A stretch of 39,863 nucleotides of DNA from the IMG/VR virus record IMGVR_UViG_3300045988_016972. The stretch is one strand, 5' to 3'. Source of the DNA: a virus. Shown here in pieces: positions 28,099 through 33,769 of the stretch; positions within the stretch are counted from its first letter, which is position 1; each line of letters opens with the position of its first letter. Both the position numbers and the translations under genes were made by a program. The notes under the pieces were generated by a model. That model was not told the origin of the DNA, ran no database searches, and saw only the letters and a program-made list of their open reading frames with translations.

Positions 28099-28126
28099 CC
28101 CGGTGTATTCCGGGGGCTTTTCTTTT
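28099..28126 (+). terminator. Second tandem terminator
   Basis: CCCGG-TGTATT-CCGGG followed by GGCTTTTCTTTT. Confidence 0.55.
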
Positions 28127-28396
28127 GCGTGCCTCATTTGCCATTTTAACGGCCCTGCGCGGCGTTTTTGTCGTGGTGGCTATCCCTATATTGCCGCGCA
28201 CTCTGTGCGCGCTGTGTGCCCTGTCTTTGCGCTTGCGTTGTGGCTTTGTTTCCCGCGCCGTGGCTTGCCGCCGTTCTCGGCCCCGGGTGGCCTTTTCGCT
28301 GGCCGTCCACTGCTCCGGCGGTGCGGTCGCGGTGGCTGGTGGTGTGGGCACCTCCATGCTGGCCGTCCGGTGGCTGCTATGGTGTGCCCCTCTTCC

Positions 28397-28638
28397 AAAG
28401 TCGCCGGGAAAGTCGCAAAAGTCGCTGGCATAGTCGCTCGGCTCTGTGCGAAAGTCGCTGCGAAAGTCGCTACGAAAGTCGCTACGATCTGCGCCAAAGT
28501 CGCCCGCTTTTCCCCAAAATCATAGTCGTTTACAAAATTCCGTGTATAAAGGCGGGATTTTCTTTGCCCCATTTCCTTAAATTAACGGAAAGCCGCTCAA
28601 AAGTCGCTCGTTTTCGGCTCATTTTGCCTCAAAGTCGC
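28397..28638. repeat. Array of 10 copies of (A)AAGTCGC (GCGACTTT on the minus strand), partly with 12-bp spacing, starting inside the 3' end of terS
   Basis: Copies lie at 28397, 28409, 28418, 28432 (AGTCGC only), 28451, 28463, 28475, 28496, 28600 and 28631. Confidence 0.9.
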
Positions 28639-29188
28639 TGGCTTCAATGTACTTGCGCTGGAGCTGTTCGGGGGTCAAGCCCTCAATCTGCGGCTGATTC
28701 GGGGTCAAAACCATCTCCTGCTTGTCTACCATGCCGTAATAGTTCTTTGCGCGGAAGCAATAGGCAAGGAAATTCAGCTTCCCGGAAACCACAAGTTTTG
28801 CGTCAAAAGTCTGCAAAAAACCCTTGGCTTTTTTTATGATGGTTGCCGTTTCGGGGCTAAATCCCTTGCGTTTTCCGTATAGCCAGTCCTTAACCGTGCT
28901 AATTGAGTAGCCTGTTGTCATGTATAGTTCCTCTACTGTTGGGGTCTGTCCTGTCTCAGCGCACCGGGCAAAATAGTCGTTTATTCTCTCTGTAAGTTCT
29001 TCGTCACTCTTTACCTTTGGCTGTCTGTATTCTACAAGGGCTTCTGTAAGGAGGCGAGATACAAGGGCTCTATCTTCATCGCTGCTAAGGTCAGGCAGGG
29101 ATTGAGGGAAGTTTCTTTTCCCGCCTCTGCCGGTCTCCGGTCGGTTATCCTTTGCTTTTGCGATGGCGGTAGGCTTCTTTGTAGCCAT
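28619..29188 (-). CDS. terS: Terminase small subunit
   Basis: EELTERINDYFARCAETGQTPTVEELYMTTGYSISTVKDWL...IIKKAKGFLQ...LNFLAYCFRAKNYYGMVDKQE matches the Terminase_2-type small subunit pattern. Confidence 0.7.
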   Translation of the reverse strand: MATKKPTAIAKAKDNRPETGRGGKRNFPQSLPDLSSDEDRALVSRLLTEALVEYRQPKVKSDEELTERINDYFARCAETGQTPTVEELYMTTGYSISTVKDWLYGKRKGFSPETATIIKKAKGFLQTFDAKLVVSGKLNFLAYCFRAKNYYGMVDKQEMVLTPNQPQIEGLTPEQLQRKYIEASDFEAK

Positions 29189-29289
29189 TATGTATCACTC
29201 CTGTTCTATGTAATTCCCCTTTTACTCTGTTTCCGTGTTTGTCTCATCCGTCATGTCCTGCATCTTCGGCTGCGCCGCCTTTTTTGTTT

Positions 29290-29529
29290 TTATTTCCCTG
29301 TATCTTTAACACCGTAGCAATACTCATACCACATCAACGGCGTTTCTTTTTGCTGTTCTGCGTAGAGTGTGTCAAACATCTTCGCAATATCTTCAATAGC
29401 GTCGCCATACTCTTTGTGCAAATGTGTTTTGAATTTCGTAATGAGCCGCATATTGATTTTCATGATCCTATCTATTTCGTCGGCGGAATACGTTATCTTG
29501 TTGATAATGTCCTTGTGGTCGTCGTTCAT
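29290..29529 (-). CDS. Hypothetical protein (79 aa)
   Basis: ATG 29529 has a GGAGACGGAGA ribosome-binding site and overlaps the upstream stop. Confidence 0.5.
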   Translation of the reverse strand: MNDDHKDIINKITYSADEIDRIMKINMRLITKFKTHLHKEYGDAIEDIAKMFDTLYAEQQKETPLMWYEYCYGVKDTGK

Positions 29530-29759
29530 TCTCCGTCTCCCTCTTGCATCTCTCGATCTACGGACACCAGGCTCTGGAAGCAATGAAAGTCGTCACAATA
29601 CCCACAGGTGGCGGCAATGTCCTGATGCTCTTTGTCCTTGTGGAGTTTGCAGCCAACAGGCCCAGTAGTTACACGCTTACCGTCAACTACTACTGTACCG
29701 TGTTTGACGTGGGTGCAGAAGTCACAGCATGGTGTGCAGTCTTTACCGCAGAGAATCAT
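29526..29759 (-). CDS. Cys-rich small protein (77 aa), probable zinc-binding
   Basis: Ten cysteines are spread through the protein (LCGKDCTPCCDFC, GCKLH, CGYCDDFHC). Confidence 0.5.
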   Translation of the reverse strand: MILCGKDCTPCCDFCTHVKHGTVVVDGKRVTTGPVGCKLHKDKEHQDIAATCGYCDDFHCFQSLVSVDREMQEGDGE

Positions 29760-30142
29760 TTGCCGTCCTCCAAAATCCCGCTGATTGTGTCAGCATTCGC
29801 CTTGATGATATCCATCACGATGTCGGACTGGATATTGTGCGCAAAAACGGCCTTGTCCGCCGCGTCTGCATTATAATAGCCGGTGAACACCGTGCCGTCT
29901 GCTTTTGTCGCTGCAAAGCAAATACAGCAAGGGTCAATCCCTGCGATAGTTGCTATGCTTTCTTCAAGCCATTTGGCGTATGGCTGCTTTGTAATATCGT
30001 CCACGCCATCCTCCTGTTTTGTCACCAGCCCCCACCCCTTGGCTACAGTAACAGTCTTTACCCTCCCATGCGGCCTTCTGGAAGCTCTCAAACATGGGTT
30101 ACACAGTTTGCCCGCATGGGGCAATGTCTTTTCCCCGTCCAC
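29756..30142 (-). CDS. Hypothetical protein (128 aa; start uncertain)
   Basis: The ORF is contiguous with its neighbours. The first ~28 residues, which include three Cys, are atypical, so a later start is possible. Confidence 0.45.
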   Translation of the reverse strand: MDGEKTLPHAGKLCNPCLRASRRPHGRVKTVTVAKGWGLVTKQEDGVDDITKQPYAKWLEESIATIAGIDPCCICFAATKADGTVFTGYYNADAADKAVFAHNIQSDIVMDIIKANADTISGILEDGK

Positions 30143-30143
30143 T

Positions 30144-30797
30144 TTACGCAGACAGACGCTTTGTGTTTGTCTGCATAATGAACTCTTTTACTTGGTCATA
30201 TCCCCATCCGCAGTCTACAAGACCGCTCACAAGGCGCTCCATAGACTGCACAGCAGTCAGTTCATCGGAAGAAAAGCAATCACGCGGATTCCCTTTTGTA
30301 TCAAGGCCGTATTCCTCCCGCAGTTGTTTTGCGTCCTTGCCAAATAGCGCCTTGTAAATACAGTTCGTATAGACGGAATATGCGTGCCCGTGCATACGGT
30401 CATTTTCTGCGGACTGCTGCAGTGCTTTTGTCAGAGCATGCCGTACCGCTACGCCTTTTTCTCTTTCGATCAGTTTCCCGCGCAACGCAGCTTCCATCGC
30501 ATTAAACTGCTTTATGTACGCTTCCTTAAATTTCATGGCAAGATCACCGGTATAACTCATCGCGAGAATGGTAAATCCATCCCTTGTCATAAAATACATC
30601 GGCTGCTTTTTACCTTGCGCGTTATCGTAGAAGGACTGCCCAAAATTGGACAGTCGAAAATCTTCACTGCAGCCCAATTCGCGTATGTCTCTTAAAACAT
30701 GCCTGTGGTCTTTGCCAAATGTTTCAGAAACATCAAGGCTTGTACACACCGCGCGATCTTCCTTCCCGACTTTCATAATTTCTACCAGCATTTTCAT
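30144..30797 (-). CDS. Rha-family phage regulatory protein with an additional C-terminal domain
   Basis: AVCTSLDVSETFGKDHRHVLRDIRE...FTILAMSYTGDLAMKFKEAYIKQFNAME is the Rha N-terminal signature. Start is at ATG 30797 or 30791, after a GAAAGGA ribosome-binding site. Confidence 0.75.
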   Translation of the reverse strand: MKMLVEIMKVGKEDRAVCTSLDVSETFGKDHRHVLRDIRELGCSEDFRLSNFGQSFYDNAQGKKQPMYFMTRDGFTILAMSYTGDLAMKFKEAYIKQFNAMEAALRGKLIEREKGVAVRHALTKALQQSAENDRMHGHAYSVYTNCIYKALFGKDAKQLREEYGLDTKGNPRDCFSSDELTAVQSMERLVSGLVDCGWGYDQVKEFIMQTNTKRLSA

Positions 30798-31297
30798 CAA
30801 TCCTTTCTCGTTGATTTTTGTTTGGCAGACTATTTGGGGCACATCCCTTGCAGCGGTATGCCAGCGCATTGTTTGTGCGGCATCGCAGTCCTGCCCTGCT
30901 TTAGCGCTTCAGGGAAAGTCCCCGTCACTCGCTGTGGTCTCCCCTTACGGGGCACCTATGCCGCATATTGTCCGTCTGCCAGCGCATCGCCTGTTGTTTT
31001 ACACAATCGGTCGGGTGCCACCACGCATCAATACTGTCCTACACAGCGGCTTTGTCCTAAGACAACCGCCACCACACCACATCCGCGCCTCGGATTTCTC
31101 TCAAGCACGATGGTACCCAGACCGGCCACGGAACTTTTCAGCCCTGCGCCGGTACGTCGGTCGCATCCGTTTCTTCATTCATAGCCGGAGCCAGCCAAAT
31201 AATTATTATTCGTCCTGCCGCTTTCGTACAGCGCACAGGAAAGACCACTTTCGCAGGCTTACGCTCCGTGCGGCTACGAGGCAAGAGGTCACGCCTA

Positions 31298-31374
31298 TGG
31301 CAGGGACGGTTGGGAATCGAACCCACCCAAGCGGTTTTGGAGACCGCCTCGCCAGCCTTGGAACATTCGCCCCT
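31298..31374 (-). tRNA. tRNA-Trp(CCA)-like element with a non-canonical D arm
   Basis: Acceptor AGGGGCG/CGTCCCT. Perfect anticodon arm GCGGT-CTCCAAA-ACCGC. T loop TTCGATT, discriminator G and CCA. The D region (AATGTTCCAAGGCTGGCGAG) has no 4-bp stem, and the T stem has an extra or mismatched position. Confidence 0.5.
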
Positions 31375-31557
31375 GTATCCCGCGTTTACGGATTCGTCAC
31401 GGAGCCTCCTCCGCGTTCTAAGTAACGCTCGATTCAACGCGGGCAAATCGAACGGCCCTTCGCGGAGCCACGCCCTGCTGACGGGACAAATCTGGACGCA
31501 TCCTGCCGGTAATGGCTTCCCGGCTTTGAGCCCCTGTACGCTGTCAGCTTTGGGTCT

Positions 31558-31650
31558 TGGTGCAGACGGCTGGACTCGAACCAGCGACCAATGGCATTCA
31601 ATCGCATATCCATTTGCGCGATAAAGCTCTACCGACTGAGCTACGCCTGC
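31558..31650 (-). ncRNA. tRNA-like element (93 nt) lacking a canonical anticodon arm
   Basis: Acceptor GCAGGCG/CGTCTGC, D arm GCTC-AGTCGGTA-GAGC, T arm GCTGG-TTCGAGT-CCAGC, then A-CCA. Forty nt lie between the D and T arms instead of about 23. Confidence 0.55.
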
Positions 31651-31813
31651 ATATAACAACAGCCCATAGGTTTCCCTACAGGCTGTTTGTGCCGGTACGC
31701 CCGTTCCCGGGGCCGCTTGCGCGGTGCGCCCAATACCGGCGGCGCATAGAAGGGAGGAAAAGTGATGATTGGGAAATCGCGTGAATGACCATGTCCTATC
31801 ATCCACTGTACCT

Positions 31814-31822
31814 ATTGTAGCA
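31814..31822 (-). promoter_or_regulatory. Extended -10 promoter element TGCTACAAT at the 5' edge of the ncRNA locus
   Basis: Read on the minus strand 6 nt after the stop of the RinA-like gene. The -35 is poor. Confidence 0.35.
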
Positions 31823-31827
31823 CATCA

Positions 31828-32292
31828 TTAGGCGGAATCTGTATCACCTTTCACGAGTAACCCTGCATATTTCGCTACATCATGCAGAAATCTTTCCTTC
31901 CTCCGGCTGAATGTTGCCTCGCTAATCCCAGGAATCACGATCTTGTTGCGAGAGTATTTGTGCTTGCCCTGGCAGTTGCGCATAATTCCATATATTAGCT
32001 GCCGCCGGATTGTATCGCTGCCGATATCTCTGCCGCAGCGGTCTATAGCGTATTCCACCGCCAGCATCTTCTGCGTCTCCGGCCATCGCTCTATGGCGGC
32101 CAGCTGCTCCGCCTTGCTCTCGGCGGGTCTACCAGCGCCCGATCCAGTTGGCATGCCCTCTGTAGCGCTATGCGTCCCGCCCAGGATATCCGCCCGGGCC
32201 TCTCGATACGCCCGCACCCGGCGCGGATACCCACGCACATAAGCAATGCACTCTAACCGCACGTCATAAGGCAGTGTCGCCTTTTTGCTCAT
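31828..32292 (-). CDS. RinA/ArpU-like late transcriptional activator
   Basis: 154 aa. The N-terminal segment ...CIAYVRGYPRRVRAYREARADIL and the C-terminal HTH-like ISEATFSRRKERFLHDVAKYAG parallel the RinA layout. Confidence 0.5.
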   Translation of the reverse strand: MSKKATLPYDVRLECIAYVRGYPRRVRAYREARADILGGTHSATEGMPTGSGAGRPAESKAEQLAAIERWPETQKMLAVEYAIDRCGRDIGSDTIRRQLIYGIMRNCQGKHKYSRNKIVIPGISEATFSRRKERFLHDVAKYAGLLVKGDTDSA

Positions 32293-32302
32293 TTGCCCTC
32301 CT

Positions 32303-32464
32303 TTACTCCGCGCTGTTTACCAGCTTATATTCGCCCCGCAGGGCCTTTTCGATGTCCGCCATCCTTACATATCCGTTGTTTTTGGCCTCCACCAGATCCA
32401 CAAGGCACTTCTGTAAGTATTCCAGGCTACGGGTGTCGTGCTCGTTCGGCGTTTCCTCCCGCAC
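32303..32464 (-). CDS. Small ORF (53 aa, GTG start); frame assignment ambiguous
   Basis: My own translation is (M)REETPNEHDTRSLEYLQKCLVDLVEAKNNGYVRMADIEKALRGEYKLVNSAE. Its stop is embedded in the next gene's ribosome-binding site. An overlapping ATG-initiated frame (MDAVKFIEERNRMCG...) starts at 32498. Confidence 0.3.
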   Translation of the reverse strand: MREETPNEHDTRSLEYLQKCLVDLVEAKNNGYVRMADIEKALRGEYKLVNSAE

Positions 32465-32514
32465 ATTCTGTTCCGCTCCTCAATAAACTTCACAGCATCC
32501 ATATTGTCAACCTC

Positions 32515-32715
32515 CTATCTCATGTGTCGTTTCCCGGCCTTTGCAAACCTCGCGCTCTGCCGCACATAGCGCTCCCGTGCGGCGGTGTTGGCTTGATCCA
32601 CCCAGGGCTTTTCCTCCAGCCGCTGGGCCTCATACGCCCGGAACGCCTCGCAGCTCTGCCGGCAGGCTCCGCATGGGAGCCTGTCCGGGCAATCCTTCAC
32701 ACAGGGGCTTTTCAC
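32515..32715 (-). CDS. Cys-rich small protein (about 66 aa; start uncertain)
   Basis: Contains SPCVKDCPDRLPCGACRQSCEAF. A GTG at 32715 lies 10 nt after AGGAAAGGA. Confidence 0.4.
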   Translation of the reverse strand: MKSPCVKDCPDRLPCGACRQSCEAFRAYEAQRLEEKPWVDQANTAARERYVRQSARFAKAGKRHMR

Positions 32716-32717
32716 TT

Positions 32718-33323
32718 CTACCACATCCTTTCCTGCGCCGTATGATCCGCAAACCGCTGTTCTTGCAGTTGGAAATATGTCGGTTCGATCTCGCACCCCA
32801 CAAACTCAAAGCCGAGGTTGTAAGCCGCTATCCTGCTGCTTCCACTGCCCAAGTGTGTATCCAGTATGCGCCAGCCTTCTTTGGCGTACTTCATCAGCAG
32901 CCACTCGTACAATGCCACGGGCTTTTGCGTTGGATGTATTCTTTGCCCCTTTTCTTGCAACGGCGAGTAATAAAAAGTTCTCGCAGATGTATCGAAAGAA
33001 GTCCAGGCAAATTCGCAAGATGCAAAAGAAATATCTTCCGGCTGCTTTTTGTCCCAAATAACAAATCCCCTACAAGGCGGAAGATCGTAATAATTTCCCC
33101 CCCATATTATTTGGTTTTTGCTGCATCTTTTTAATTCGCTAAAATACACATCACCCGGAGTCGCATCGTCCCATCTTGTTTCAGTGGCATTGTATTTTTT
33201 CAATCGGCCACTATCATGAATGCTAATTCCATAAGGTGGGTCAACAATGGCAAGATCAAATGCTTTATCCGGTAGCGCCTGCATATACTCCATGCAGTCT
33301 ACGTTCAGCGCGATTTGATTCAT
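32718..33323 (-). CDS. Orphan DNA methyltransferase (N6_N4_Mtase type, DPPY motif)
   Basis: Contains FDLAIVDPPYG and HPTQKPVALYEWLLMKY...ILDTHLGSGSSRIAA. No adjacent restriction endonuclease was recognised. Confidence 0.8.
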   Translation of the reverse strand: MNQIALNVDCMEYMQALPDKAFDLAIVDPPYGISIHDSGRLKKYNATETRWDDATPGDVYFSELKRCSKNQIIWGGNYYDLPPCRGFVIWDKKQPEDISFASCEFAWTSFDTSARTFYYSPLQEKGQRIHPTQKPVALYEWLLMKYAKEGWRILDTHLGSGSSRIAAYNLGFEFVGCEIEPTYFQLQEQRFADHTAQERMW

Positions 33324-33769
33324 TCGCTCCACCTCACGATCTTTTCCTGGACGCCCCACTGCAGGGCGTCCTCGTGGCTGTCAAAATACAGATCCAGCCG
33401 ATTCCCGGCAATGGCGCCGCCGGTGTCCTGCACGGTGTATGTATGGCCGTCCAGTTCGATTTCCGTACCCATCGGCAGCACATCCGGGTCTGCGGCGATC
33501 GTCACGCCCTGTGTGGCTTTTGCGCCGGTGGCTGTGTAGCCATTTGCATACGCCCCACAGCATTTTTCACAGGGGCAGTACGCCGTTACGGTAAATACGC
33601 ACGTCCGCGTCTCCTGGGTCTCCTGCGGCTCATCGCGGGGCATAACCACCCCCGGCGGCACAACTACAGTCTCCGGTGTTTGCCCGCTGTCCTCTGTGGC
33701 AGATGCAATGCCCAAGGCCCCCAAGATTGCTACAAGCAGCGCCGCGATTAACACGCTTCTTTTCACCAT
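33320..33769 (-). CDS. Secreted 3D-domain (RlpA-like double-psi beta-barrel) protein
   Basis: The signal peptide is MVKRSVLIAALLVAILGALGIASA. FTVTAYCPCEKCCG...TATGAKATQGVTIAADPDVLPMGTEIEL...YTVQDTGGAIAGNRLDLYF is the 3D-domain signature. Confidence 0.75.
   Translation of the reverse strand: MVKRSVLIAALLVAILGALGIASATEDSGQTPETVVVPPGVVMPRDEPQETQETRTCVFTVTAYCPCEKCCGAYANGYTATGAKATQGVTIAADPDVLPMGTEIELDGHTYTVQDTGGAIAGNRLDLYFDSHEDALQWGVQEKIVRWSE

Larger units (their letters stand above)
30798..31827 (-). ncRNA. ~1-kb ORF-free, hairpin-dense locus; candidate large structured ncRNA(s) with embedded tRNA-like modules
   Basis: There is no credible ORF. Many perfect stems are capped by GNRA loops (31691-31740, 31659-31686, 31245-31256, 30941-30952). 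Two tRNA-shaped elements are embedded, and an extended -10 box sits at the 5' end. Confidence 0.55.

Noticed and set aside
27806-28839. Several long ORFs (27806..28357 minus, 28079..28525 plus, 28168..28839 plus, 28186..28572 minus) in the region between the cassette genes and terS.
   Set aside because: Their sequences are Arg/Pro/Ala-rich or periodic (ATF-ATF...), driven by the AAAGTCGC repeat array. They cross two intrinsic terminators and have no ribosome-binding sites, so the region is treated as non-coding.
31558-31650. tmRNA, or an intron-containing tRNA, as explanations for the oversized tRNA-like element.
   Set aside because: It has a full D arm, which tmRNA lacks, and no tag-peptide ORF. 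The extra 17 nt is far too short for a group I intron. No position yields a canonical anticodon arm after removing a simple insert. This was not testable with covariance models here.
31138-31806. A 222-aa minus-strand ORF covers most of the ncRNA locus.
   Set aside because: Its translation runs straight through two tRNA-shaped elements (for example ...AGVAQSVELYR...). It is Arg/Pro/Ala-rich, has no ribosome-binding site, and overlaps the dense hairpin structures.
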